A stretch of 64,000 nt of DNA from Octopus sinensis (Eukaryota). Position numbers and translations under genes: made by a program. Below are positions 11,359 through 24,171 of the stretch, piece after piece (positions within the stretch are counted from its first letter, which is position 1; each line of letters starts with the position of its first letter). The notes under the pieces were generated by a model. That model did no database searches. It was not told the origin of the DNA and saw only the letters and a program-made list of their open reading frames with translations. The stretch covers positions 117,242,001-117,306,000 of the forward strand of contig NC_042998.1 in the NCBI RefSeq assembly GCF_006345805.1, in the 5' to 3' direction.

Positions 11359-11960
11359 CGGACTGTTGCCATTGTAACAAAGCTATAGCACGCTGAGTTA
11401 AGGCTCTTGGCACAGATTGACCTCAAACTCTGCTGTGTATGTGCACTACGATTTAACGTTCTAACTCTGTTTCCCTGTTTACAGTGGTGCTTTGAAGTAA
11501 GGTGTGTAGTGTGTCATTGTTGTAGTGAGCCTGACAGAGAAAGCTGTCATGGCGATACCACCTTAGTTACGATAAGTGTATGAGCGGTTCAGACGTTTCC
11601 AAGATGGTCGAAAAAATGTCGATATTGACGAGCGTTCTGGAAGAATCACAAACATCGCAGATGTGCGCGCAGCTGTGAGGGGGAAATGTCAATTCACCAA
11701 CTGGAAGCCATCATCAGATGTGCAGATTTGTTACGATTCAGTTCATTATCACTGTCGAGTTCAGTACGAAACGTGTATCTGCCAAGTTTGTGCTAAACCT
11801 GCTTTCAGCTGACCAAAAAAGACACTCGGGTTTCAGTTGCATACGTTCTCCTTGATTGTGCCCAGAAGTATGAAAATATTTTGAAAATTTTGCGTAGGCT
11901 TCTGAGCAGGTATCACCAATTGACGAACTTTAATGCTGCTTTTCTACTGTACTTTCTGTC
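11359..11960 (+). mobile_element. mariner-like transposon 5' fragment
   Basis: YERFRRFQDGRKNVDIDERSGR (mariner HTH region); resembles 37209-37600. Confidence 0.75.
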
Positions 11961-14900
11961 ATGGTGAATGTGACGATCATAGGCAACACACCTTTATTTC
12001 CAAACACTGATCTAAATAGCAGACGTGAGCTAGAAGTTAAATCTTAGTGCACCTGCACAGCAAAATTCAAAGTCAATATTTGCCAAGTGGCTTTATTCTG
12101 CGTGCGTTAGCTTCGTTACTATAGCAAATGTCTGGATAGTTACCGATCAGATCTCGTATATTTCCCCATTAAATACTCTCGAATTCCTCAAAAGGGAATT
12201 ATTAATAGTATTACTTTTGACTTAATAAAAACTTCGTAGAACTTCTTATGGTGCATTCAATGACATAATATCACTTCGTACATCAAGAATCGAGGGCGAG
12301 AAACTTAAATAAATTATTCTTTCCTGACGAAATTGACTATTTTATTTCGTCTTAATTGAATATTTACAGTGTCATGCTAGCATCCATCATTTATGCGGTG
12401 AGTGAGTGTGTGTGAGTACTCGCGTACTTTTGTGTGTGTAGGTCATAGCTCTATAACATTTCTCCAGTTGATTGAAATACGGGAAGCTATATGAATATAA
12501 TCCTGATGTGGCAACAGTGAGTTGAGAAGTCAGCAAATCAATTTTTAATACATATGATGTGAAAAGGGGAATGGAAATTAGAGTTGCATGAGAGTAGTAG
12601 TCAACACACTTCTGAATGTTTACAATTGAATTATAAATTTTAGTTTATATGTTTCATAGAAATATTTATGTTGGATTTTGACTGTTGTTCCATTCTTGGA
12701 TTCCTTTCCTTTTTATTTCTCAATTAAATATCACTTTATCACATAACTTTTGAAATATGTCGGAATATATTATTTCTTTTCTCTTCACAAACAATTCATT
12801 TTGCTATGTAAAACTATGTCCTGTCATTCAATAAATTAATTTGTAACGATTTGGCAACATCGACGTATTAGAAGAATTTTGGCACAAGAAACATTTGATT
12901 TAGTCAGCAAAGCAATAAATCAAATAAACATAATTAATACCTTTACCCTATGTTAAGAATCATACGAAATATATTGGTTTCATATTCGAGCGATGTCTAT
13001 CATACTGATGGTCAATCCAGACAAAGGTCATTTTAATTAAATCTAATACCATTGAACAAATACAACCAAATAAAGAAAATAAAAATATTCATCTCAATAC
13101 TTACTACTTCGAAGTTGAAAACGGGAAATCAGATTTGCTACAATTGTTTATCAAAGGAGAAATCTTTATAAAAACAGAGTAGATTAGAGAATAACAGAAA
13201 CCGAAATCGGATTAAGGTATTGAAGTTACTGTTCCAATTTATACATAACATTGTATATACCTCCCATTGACTATATTTGACAACGTTCTGAGAAAAGCAA
13301 TAAATCTGACTCGTAAGCCTTTATTTGCTCAAAATCACGATACGATATAAAAAAAAACACGTCTGTTATTCTTGTGTTCATTATATATTGCTAACACTGA
13401 TTTTGGTCAGTGTATAGTAGTGCTCTGAGAACATATCTTCAACACTATCATTAAAACTTCTCATAATATTTAGAGCATACTTTAATCTTTTGTTTTTCCT
13501 CTAACATTTATTTTGCCTCTTACTAATTAATGTCTTCTTTCTTAGAATGTAATTATTGAAACCTAATTAAGAACAGTTATAAAAGTCATAATTAATATTT
13601 TAAGAACCACACTTTGCTATGAAAAATCTTGCATATCAGCGGTGCTCTCAAACATAAAAGATACTACAAATTATATTCAGTAGCACATTACTAATGATTA
13701 ATCATAAACGTTTATACTTTATCTACCTCACTCTACTGTGAAGAAGAATGTTAAATATTTATGGAGTTTAGTTCTTGTAACATCAAAATATACGGACTCA
13801 CCAATTAAGTAATACCAAGAATGTGACTAAAATCAAAACCAACGTATGATTAATGCGTAATGTCTTTTATCACAATCATTTAGATACAATTATATAACTT
13901 GAGAAAAGCCGAACTATTTGGAAACAACGTGACACTATTTAAATATTGCCTTATAAAGATAATCACGACTAGAATCTGCTAATCTATTAAAAATCTGTCT
14001 CGGCTTAAGTAGTGAATAAACAACTAAAATATATTCGTGATATTTATTCCGCTAATTTTTTGAGGGAAAGCTCGGACAAAACGCAAGGTGTCGTTTATTC
14101 TAAGGACCTGTGTTGTAAACATATATTTATAACTAGTATAAAGATAAATGTGGCAAAAGCGAGTGAATAATGAAATTTCAAAGTTTAAATTTATTCAAAT
14201 TATTTTAATGCAAGATAATCGGTCCCAATGTGTTTTTTATTTATTTTCCTACCATTTAAGAAAGTTAAAAACGGTTCCATTATGTAATGGGATTGTTTTA
14301 CAAGATTATGTTGTAAATATATTCTTAAAGATTCTGATATCTACACTATTCTCAATGAATATTAATAGTAATTACTTCAGTGTCTGTTGTGTGGCCTTAG
14401 TGAAACCATGATCAAAAACGTCGACGATCGAAGGTTGTCTAGCCGAGATTAAACTGTTTATCAGGCATACAATATATCTCAGTATATCCTTAGTATTGTT
14501 AAAGGCGGCAATATGCCAATGTAGTATAATATACGTTTATTATGTTTATGCTATCGAACGACCCAGTAGAGGAGGAATTAATTTGTGGTAGCTAATGGTG
14601 ACGCAGAAAAGAAAAGCGTGTATTTAATTTCGTCGTTTCAATCTATCACGTTCTTTTTTAGCCAATATTGAGTCATATTAATCATGTAAGCACTAATTGC
14701 GCATTAATTTATTGAAAGAAAATTAATAGGATTATAATATATGCAGAACAAATAAGAAGAATAAAATATAGCATAAAGTATTATGAATAAATGTGAAAAT
14801 TTTAATCGTTAAAGAAAGCGGTATTGAGAACTCAGATATAAATTTTAATGGGACATTACACGTGGATAAAATATACACGTTGTTAAAATAAAACCAACAA

Positions 14901-15845
14901 ATATATAAATAAAATAACACTAAATATGAGGTCAAATAGAAAACCTGTACGCGATCACCAGATCTACTGAAGAGGGGCGAAATATATTTTATAGTCACTC
15001 TCTAAATATACTGTAACTGAAGTAAAATGCGAGATAGTTACGGTTCGAACACTTTTGGTCATAAATCTAATCGAGTGGGGATGATCTCGATGTAAAAAAT
15101 AATCAATAAGAACGACGATTGAAACACCACCAACGAAATTACTGAGTTAAGATACGCAATTAGGGGTAATAGAAAAGGTATCTTGGGAATTGGTATTCTC
15201 ATTAATTTTAAACTCATCAATTTCATAAACAAGCCATTTGCGAACAACTTTCAACTATACCAATATATCATTCACAAGCATTCGGATGACTTCTCAGACT
15301 GAACCATTCAAACCTGCCCTTTGATGTATGGAGTGGAAAGCATTTATGAAGGCTCGTTTGAATAACTTTGAAAAAATTTCGAAAAAAACTGCATAATATT
15401 TTGAGATTATTGCCTGCGCGATTTATCCTGTAAATTTTCTATGACATTTAATCTGGCTATCTGCAACCGGCAAACCTGATCTTAAAGATGCTGCCAAGAT
15501 AATTTCAAACTCTGACACCCTATCAATTCAATTATTGCTCCATTCACCCGAACTTCACAGTAGTCTTAATTATTCCTAAGGCATGTTTAGGGGGCGGTGA
15601 TGTCAAAGCAAATGCATACTCTATTTAATAGAACTTCTTCCTACACATACACAACAAGCATACACTTTTGAATTATTTGCTCTCTCCATCTCTATATCTC
15701 ATACTCTGCTTCGTAATTGAGTTATAACTACGTAGAGAGTACACTACTAGATTGAAAGACAATATCATGGCAATACTAAACTTGCTTCTCGCATAACAGA
15801 TTTTGGCAACTTGGCATCAATAGATCTATTATATATGTATATATA

Positions 15846-15862
<17 letters not shown>

Positions 15863-15903
<41 letters not shown>

Positions 15904-15999
15904 TCGTGTATATTTACATATATACTTTGATACTTTGATACTTTGATAGGTTTCGGCCATTATTGGCCCAGGCCATGTCTAACTTAATACCACCACCTG

Positions 16000-16068
<69 letters not shown>

Positions 16069-16180
16069 GTGTGTGTGTGTGTGTTCGTGTATATTTACAT
16101 ATATACTTTGATACTTTGATACTTTGATAGGTTTCGGCCATTATTGGCCCAGGCCATGTCTAACTTAATACCACCACCTG

Positions 16181-16244
<64 letters not shown>

Positions 16245-16245
16245 A
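15863..16245. repeat. tandem duplication (period 181 bp) of a 102-bp core between microsatellites
   Basis: 15901-16002 appears identical to 16082-16183; core has (TACTTTGA)3 and probably is a LINE 3' end on the minus strand. Confidence 0.9.
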
Positions 16246-17189
16246 TGCATATACTCACTGTTTGTTCTGAATATCATGGTGACTGACTATATACTCATCT
16301 AATTTGGAAAATTTAATAATAGTAAATTTGTCGTTATTCTAGAAGTGAATGGATGTACAGATATCATGCAGCAGCAAGTGCCCTTTACTCACAAACTTCT
16401 TCTACATTCCCAATCGAACATTGAGCATCTTTAGTGCTTCATTGTTTTAAAAAATACTTTAGAAAAGATATGGTACTATATTTTTAGTACAGTGCAGTGC
16501 TGCTGTACAGGCATATTTCCTCACCACACATCTTTCAGCCAAAACTACCTAATTAATATCCTCACTTGCAATATCATTAGGTATGTTTGATCCAGAAACG
16601 TTACCCATACATATTTGGATGGCGACACATTCTCAAATTTGAGTAAAACATGTATTGTGACATTTATCATGTTCGCATCACCAGTGTGAAATATAAAATA
16701 AATTGAAAGGGAATGAATTGAGAATCTAAATTCCATACTCTTGTCTTTCCAGGAGATCTATTATATTATGGTGCTCACAATATCTTCATATTAATATTCA
16801 TTGCTCATTATTAGTCGCGATATAACCTGCTGGTTAATATATCTAGATTTACCAAATGGATTGCTGCTGTTGTTTACTTGTTCTGAGAGAAACATGATTC
16901 TACATTGAATTGTAATAACGAAATAGATAAGTAAACAAATACATATGATAAATAGTTAGAAGATAGAGTATCTTCTTGTGATATTGCTATGAGAGAAAAT
17001 AGATATGTTGAGAGGAAGCTGAAAGAAGCGTGTAATTTAAGGAGGAAAGTGTGATGGGACTGAAGGAAAATATCGATAAATACATATTTATTAGCAGTGC
17101 CGAGTTGATGAAGGCCAAATAAATACAGTACCAGTCAAAATGACTTGTAACATAGATTTTAAATTTTGGCAGAAGTCTAGCAAATGTGG

Positions 17190-17290
17190 GCTAAATCGAT
17201 TACATCGACCCCAGTACTTGGTAGTTATTTTATCAACTTCTGAGGAATTTAAACACAGGACTGAAGAGGAATGAAATGCCACTTAGTATT
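17190..17290 (-). mobile_element. SINE remnant
   Basis: CGATTACATCGACCCCAGTACTTGGTAGTTATTTTATC is the reverse complement of the SINE body. Confidence 0.5.
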
Positions 17291-17364
17291 TTTCATGACG
17301 TGCTTAACGAATCTGCCAGTTCGCAGCCTTAAAATGTTTTTTAAGTTTTAGATGCACATAAGAC

Positions 17365-17580
17365 GACGGGTTGGCAGAATAGTTAGCACAATGAGGAAAA
17401 TACTTAGCGGCACTTTGTCCGTCTTTACACTTGGAGTTCAAATTCTGCAGAGTTCGACTTTCCTCCTTTGCTCCTTTCGTATTCTATAAAAGAAATAACA
17501 GTTAAACAACTAAGTCAATGTAATTGAAATTACCCATTCCCCAGAAAATGTAAGCCTTGTGCTAAAATTTGATATCAATA
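17365..17580 (+). mobile_element. tRNA-derived SINE
   Basis: GTTGGCAGAATAGTTAGC (A-box-like) and GGAGTTCAAATTC (B-box-like); homologous to 47493-47690. Confidence 0.7.
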
Positions 17581-19403
17581 TTTAGATACATGTTTTCTAT
17601 CAGAATTAAGATTAATCTCACTTTATATTCTAATAACATTTCATATAACAAATATCACTACACTATTGTTGGTGAAATCCGCTTCTTTGTAAAATTCGGC
17701 CCATTTTATCTAAGGATAAAAATCTATATTAATATTATATTTTTTCCTAGTTTCCTCACCAAACATATTAATTTTGCTTCTGCTAAGTCCAAATCAGCGA
17801 TTTATACGATTTTCGTGCTTATAAGTCACTACTACAGTATTGCTCCGATACTTTGTTAAATTTCTATCCTCGTGTTGCTTAGATCTAGAATACCCTTATT
17901 GAGCGGAATTACGTTCAAAGATATTCACCCACAACTTCCTGAATGTTTGGGCATAAAGAACTCGGAATACATTAACCAATATTTCTAACCGTTTTATGAA
18001 TGTATTGTATACTTTTAAGGAGATTTGGCTTTTATTTCAAGCAGATCAACTGGTTCTGAATAGGTTTCATGGGTATTTTTGTCAACGATATTTATGCAGT
18101 ACTGGTATTTTTACGCTGGACTATTATTCATTATTAATGCGAATTTCAAAGAGAATATAATAAAGATAAATGGTTTAAGATCATTAATTATAGTTTCCGA
18201 CCTTTTCACTCTGGATATAAGAATGTCAAAAGAAATTAATCGGAGATTGGTTTTGTTGTTTCTATGAAAATAGATTCAACTTCTTTTCAAATTTCCGTAG
18301 GAGAAAAGAGAGTAATTTATAATGATGCATAATGTGTAAGAACACGATCTATAACACGATGTTTATGATAAATTTCTAAAATAAAATAATTGAATCAAAA
18401 ATTTAATTTCAGTAAGATTCAGAATTACTCAAACACTTTACTCAAATATTTGGAAACATTTTTCAACGACTATGAATATTATATTGCTGTTTTCATCATT
18501 TTCATTAAATATATGCTTCATGAATTGTATTAGAATACACGTCGTCTGAAAAAGTAATTTATCTCTATATACCGGTGATTGGAAACAAAAATTTCAAATG
18601 TGAGGTGTTTAAGCAATTTTTTTAATTTTCATTAAGCTCATATATTTTGCATACACTCAATTCTTTTTCGAAAGCTGCATTCGATACGGTCGTGTTTTCC
18701 AAACATTTACCAATAGCTTGAAGATTATTCAATGCTATTATTGGGGACCATGTAGAAGCTTGCTAAGGTTCAACAATTCCGGATATATTTTCAAATATCC
18801 TGTACGTCTGCATATTGAAGAAGAATTTATTTGTAATCACGTAGTTCCTCGTTCATTCCAACTACCTGGAACGTTGAATAAGCAATTTCCCACACATTTT
18901 AAGTTTAAGAATGCCATGTGAATAGAATGACATAGACAAAAAATTGACTGGACCCTATCAAACATACAGAGATATATGTAAATATATACGTAGATAATTA
19001 TACACACACACGAAGATTTTTTTAACTAATTCTGTGTATATATGTATAACAGGCACATCCGTTATGTAACATCGATGTGAGTATTCGGTTTGTAGAACTG
19101 AATGTATTTGCTCGAATTCCCGGCTGTTCGGTTTAGTGCCAATGAGAATAATGTCTTTTGTAGCATCTTTTAGTTAAGAAATTATCTTGTTTTCAATAAT
19201 GTTGCTATCCTTTTTTTTATTCATACATATTTTCAGATCTTAAATCCCCGTGAAATTATATCTTCATCAATTGAAATTGTTTTATCAGTCTCTACTCAGG
19301 TTTATATATAAGATGTAACTAGTTTTCTTTTCAAGTTCTACTATACTTGTATTGAACCTGATTTCAAAGCACTGTAAATAATTTGTAATAGATCTACAAT
19401 ATA

Positions 19404-19406
<3 letters not shown>

Positions 19407-19484
<78 letters not shown>

Positions 19485-19487
19485 ATA

Positions 19488-19525
<38 letters not shown>

Positions 19526-19620
19526 CCATATATATATATAGGTATATATATACCATATATATACATATATATATATATACATATATATACACATATATAT
19601 AAATATATGTATATATATGA
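19407..19620. repeat. (TA)n-rich microsatellite
   Basis: Direct sequence. Confidence 0.95.
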
Positions 19621-19621
19621 T

Positions 19622-19919
19622 AGGTTCAAATTAGATAGACTACGATTAACATATACATAACGGGTTTAATTAAGATAATATAAAAGTTGTTCAATCTGAA
19701 ACATATATTAGAAATACAAAATTATAGAAAATGAAAAAAAATACATGGATGCTAAAAGTATATGCGTGCATATAGATATTTCCGGCTATTCGGTTTTAAG
19801 ATATTCATATATTTTTATATTTATAATATATAAATATATGTTTCAGATTGGACAATTCTTATTTTATATGAATTAAACCCGTTATGTATGCGTTAATCGT
19901 AATCTGCCTAATTTGAACC
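19622..19919. mobile_element. MITE-like element with about 88-bp inverted termini
   Basis: 19622-19709 is the reverse complement of 19833-19919 with scattered mismatches (GGTTCAAATTAG..TACGATTAAC..ATACATAACGGGTTTAATT..CAATCTGAAACATATATT). Confidence 0.8.
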
Positions 19920-20315
19920 GTGTCTATTGTATCTATTATAGTTGTCTAACGCCTCAGGTTCGATTTGAGCAATTCTATGCTATGTACGTTGCTCGAAAGG
20001 AATTTATAATTATATATGTGTGCGTATGTGTGTGTATATATGTGTGAGTGCATACATATTTATATATATAGAGAGAGAGAGATAGAGAGAGTGACAGAGA
20101 GATAGACAGATATTTATCTACATGTATGTACTTGCGCAATACATAGGATTCAAAAAGGGAACAAGAGAAATAGAACATCATAGATGAACATACACTTTCA
20201 TTTTAAACTAAAGATAGTCAACAAAATCAATCAAGACCTGCCGTTTCGAGCATGATAGTTAGAAAACAGACAAAATCATATGTATAAACACGCAAATATA
20301 TATGTATATATATAT

Positions 20316-20369
<54 letters not shown>

Positions 20370-20610
20370 GGGGAGAGTTTACGAAAAAACAAAAGATGGA
20401 GACAGGTGGTGTGCAAAACAAACAGATGAATTGGTATAACGCTCAGGAATAGAAAAAGTCTTTTACATTTCGAGCCTACGCTGTTGTACAGAAAGGGACA
20501 CAGAAAAAGCATGGAGAGAAACAAGGAGAGAAAAAAGGACAGAAAAAAAGGAGTGAAAACAAGAAGTGAAAAAAAGGAGAGACAAAAGGAGAGAAAAAAG
20601 GAGAAAAATA
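20370..20610 (-). repeat. Penelope-type 3' terminal repeat with degenerate hammerhead motif
   Basis: Reverse complement resembles 9720-9805; minus strand AGC-GTAG-GCT-CGAAATGTA at about 20461-20490; ends at (TA)n. Confidence 0.6.
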
Positions 20611-20618
20611 CATGTATG

Positions 20619-20690
<72 letters not shown>

Positions 20691-20691
<1 letters not shown>

Positions 20692-20822
20692 GACGGGCTT
20701 GTCCTTCTAGCAAATCTACTCACAAGGCTTTGTTCGGCCCGAGGCTATAAGCGAAGACACTTGCCCAAGGAACCCGGAATTATTAGGAAGAAAACTTGTT
20801 ACCACACACCCTCACTTGCGCC
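20691..20822 (-). mobile_element. tRNA-derived SINE (second family), internally deleted
   Basis: Minus strand GGCGCAAGTGAGGGTGTGTGGTAAC...CCGGGTTCCTTGGGCAAGTGTCTTC...GAAGGACAAGCCCGTCG; head resembles GCGCAGGTGTAGCTGTGTGGTAG at about 48213. Confidence 0.65.
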
Positions 20823-20859
20823 TGTACATGTATATATATATATATATATTTAGAGATAG

Positions 20860-22760
20860 TAGTCACCTTCATCCCACCATATAAAAGAATTTTAATTCAA
20901 TTTAATACTTACTTCTCATATCTCGGCTACACGTGTTTGTTGAAGTTCATTTTCCGGTTCCTTAACCACGCCGTGTTTTGCAGGAACCTTTCTTAAAGTG
21001 TGACCCCCATCATCAGGCCTCTAAATAAATTTATAATAGTTTGATACTAAAAACTCTATATTAATTTTAAACATTTAAGTATGTGTATGTGTAAATAGGT
21101 TCGCCGGACCTTACTGTGCAAGCCATAATTTAATTCAAAATAAAAAATAACAAATAAAATAGCAAATAAAAAAAAATATACAAAATACGAATAAAAATTA
21201 AAATTTCCAAAAACTATGTTCACACGTAACTTATGTCTAAAAAAATTTATATAAAATTAGCGATATATAGTGATAAAAATAAAATAAAATAAAATATTTT
21301 ATATTTTAGTAGTAATAATACTTACGCTTTAAATTGAGGGTTAGACGTTTTTAATTAGGCATTTCAGTCTATGATTAGATTTTATTTTTCTTTACTCCTG
21401 AGCCTTTAGAAGCCCCGTTTTTGGGTCATAATATCTCCATGAATTCATGGGTACATAACAGACATAACCTATTTCCAATTCTATACGATTTCGTTTTACA
21501 TATTATATCCCACTTTAATTCATAATTAATTTCTTTCGACTTTAAACTCCAAACGTATTTACTTAATCCTGTCAAATTCATTAGTTTCTAATTTTTACAA
21601 GAATTCATATGCTGTAACATTCGTTGTTTAATTTTATTGGATGTCGACCCAATATATATTCTATCTGGATAATTCTCAATATCCGTATTTTTTATTCCAC
21701 TATTTTATTTCCATCAGTTACTACATCACTTACATTACATATTCCTTTAATCTTAAATAAAGAGATTAATGATATAAACAAAAATAAACATAATAATATA
21801 ATAATATGGTATTCAAGTTAAAAGTAATATTATTAAAGATATCACTAATACAATAGAATCATTTATTATGGAAAATAAAAAATACATGGAAATATTCTCT
21901 AAAAATAATATAGAAGTGGGGTATTCAACTACTAACAATGTAGGGAACATTATTTCATCAATAAATAAGTATATGGTGAATAAATATTAGTATGATAAAT
22001 TAAATAAGCATCTGCATAGGAGGGCTGGTGACCGTAATAGTTATAATTTCAGTGGTTTTTATCCCTACAATTACAACTATTACGGTCTCCAGCCCTCCTA
22101 TGCAGATGCTTATTTAATTTATCATACTAATATTTATTCAGTCTATACTTATTTATTGATGAAATAACGTTCCCTACATTGTTAGTAGTTGAATGCCCCA
22201 CTTCTATATTATTTTTAGGGAATGTTTCCATGTATTTTTTAGTTTCCATAATAAATTATTCTATTGTATTAGTGTTATCTTTAATAATATTACTTTTAAC
22301 TTGAATACCATATTATTATATTATTATTTTTTTGCTTATATCATTAATCTCCGTATTTTTATTTACACAAGTTTTGTTATTACCTTCTATATTATTTTAA
22401 GTATAATCACGATTATGATTTTCGTTTAATTTTAAATCCTTCCCCATTAAACCAAACCTATCCTTATACTTTATACCATTTGTATTTTTCCTGTTTTTAA
22501 TGTGTTTTTTCATCTTCAATTCCATAGAATTACGGTGTGTTATCCTATTATGCCTATCATACATATTATTTTTATTTTTATTATTATATACATTTATATT
22601 ATCGTCTACATTTATGTTACTCCCTATATTAACACTTTTTTGGTACTTACGTTTTTGTAATTTATATAATTATTACTATTTATATTCTTATTATAGAATT
22701 TAATTTCTTCCTTATATCCAGCCTACCTTAATACTTCATTGTAGTAGTCAGCGTGTTTTA
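20860..22760 (-). mobile_element. Penelope-like element (Penelope/Poseidon-type), degenerate, with internal inverted duplication
   Basis: Minus strand: IIWY.., YSTTNNVGN, CNCRDKNH, [inversion], KGICNVSDVV, IYIGSTSNKIKQRMLQH...LSKYVWSLK...KWDII...CLLCTHE; CTGATGA in the tail at about 21010. Confidence 0.8.
21762..22351. repeat. large imperfect palindrome (arms about 285 bp, 20-nt loop 22049-22068)
   Basis: 21762-22048 is the reverse complement of 22069-22351 with scattered substitutions. Confidence 0.92.
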
Positions 22761-24120
22761 GGAAGCTCTCATAATTCGAGGAGAGCCATGATATCATTTT
22801 CCCTAAGTTATCTATTAGCATTTTTTTTACTGAGGGGGGTGATTACTATCTGCATTTATGTATTATATAAAAATTCATATAAATAAGCGTAAGATCGATA
22901 TTTAAATACCAATCTCATCCGGTAGCCAGCATGGGAATAATAACTTTCAAAGGTAATAATTATTTTAAATTATAATTTAGGGTATCTAAGAGATACCACC
23001 ACGCTGGAAATAGCAATCAAAACATGACTCTAAATCCACATTAAATGTGAATAAATTGCCTAAATTAAGGAAAATTGAAAATAACACTAACATCTCATTT
23101 TAATAGATGTTTCTCCAAACTTACGTGAAAATATCTTGAATTACCAAAGAGTAATAAATTTATTCAATATAATCGTCATTGACTTCAAACACGGCCCTTA
23201 AAACAACCTCGGAATCATTTGCGAACATTCTGGACACTTTCCTTATTTACGTTGAACGATTAGAAGAAAAATCAGAGACAAGAGGAAAGGTATAGGGGAG
23301 ATAAATGAGGCTGAAAATGGGAGTTAAAAAAGAGGGCCAAGAAATGTGTGTGTGAGAGAGAGAGAGAGAGAGAGTGAGGCGGTTGCGAGAAAAATAAACG
23401 AGGAAGAAAGTATGAGGGAGATTAAAGATAAGTGTCAATTATAAGGAGAGCACAAGTGTGTACGTAAGTCCCTATGTGTATATATAAATATGAAAACATG
23501 AAACAAAAACGCAATGTAGGACAATAAAACATTCAGACAGACAGACGGTACAAAAGCGGACAGGAGAAACAACATAAACACACACCTCAATATTTATATA
23601 TATATAGGTAGGTACATGCATAATAATACACATACACGCACACACAGTCTAATATATGCATACCTCATACGATTTTTCAAATATTTTCTAGGAATATAAT
23701 CACGCACTGCTTCGGGATTAGTTTAATGAAAGCAGTGAGAGATACCTGGAATGTTTCATAAATCCTGCAAATATATATTAGTAATGATAAACATTTGAAT
23801 GTAAATGAGTCATTCAGACGTTCAATAGAATCATGCATCCTTTATTATGCTTTATCAATACAGTGCGACATACAAATGTACTTTTGAAAACTTTAGGCAA
23901 AATTTACATTTTTACCGATGCAAGCATTCAATATGGTTCCTGCTTTATATAATTTGCTGTATGGCGTTATCATTTATACTCAAGAAATTAATCATTCTTT
24001 TAGAATTGAATTCATATTAATTCCTTAGGCACATTGGCAATTTACGTTTTTTACATAACTATAAATATAAGTATATGTGTGTGTGTGTGCGTGTGTGTTT
24101 GTGCGTGTGTGTGTGTGTGT

Positions 24121-24171
<51 letters not shown>

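Noticed and set aside
12460-12530. Splice-signal-bounded segment (ctccag ... CA|gtgagt)
   Set aside because: Stop codons in all three frames.
15050-15590. Possible very old mariner remnant (MEWK, HSPEL-like words)
   Set aside because: Motifs too degraded to support a call without an HMM search.
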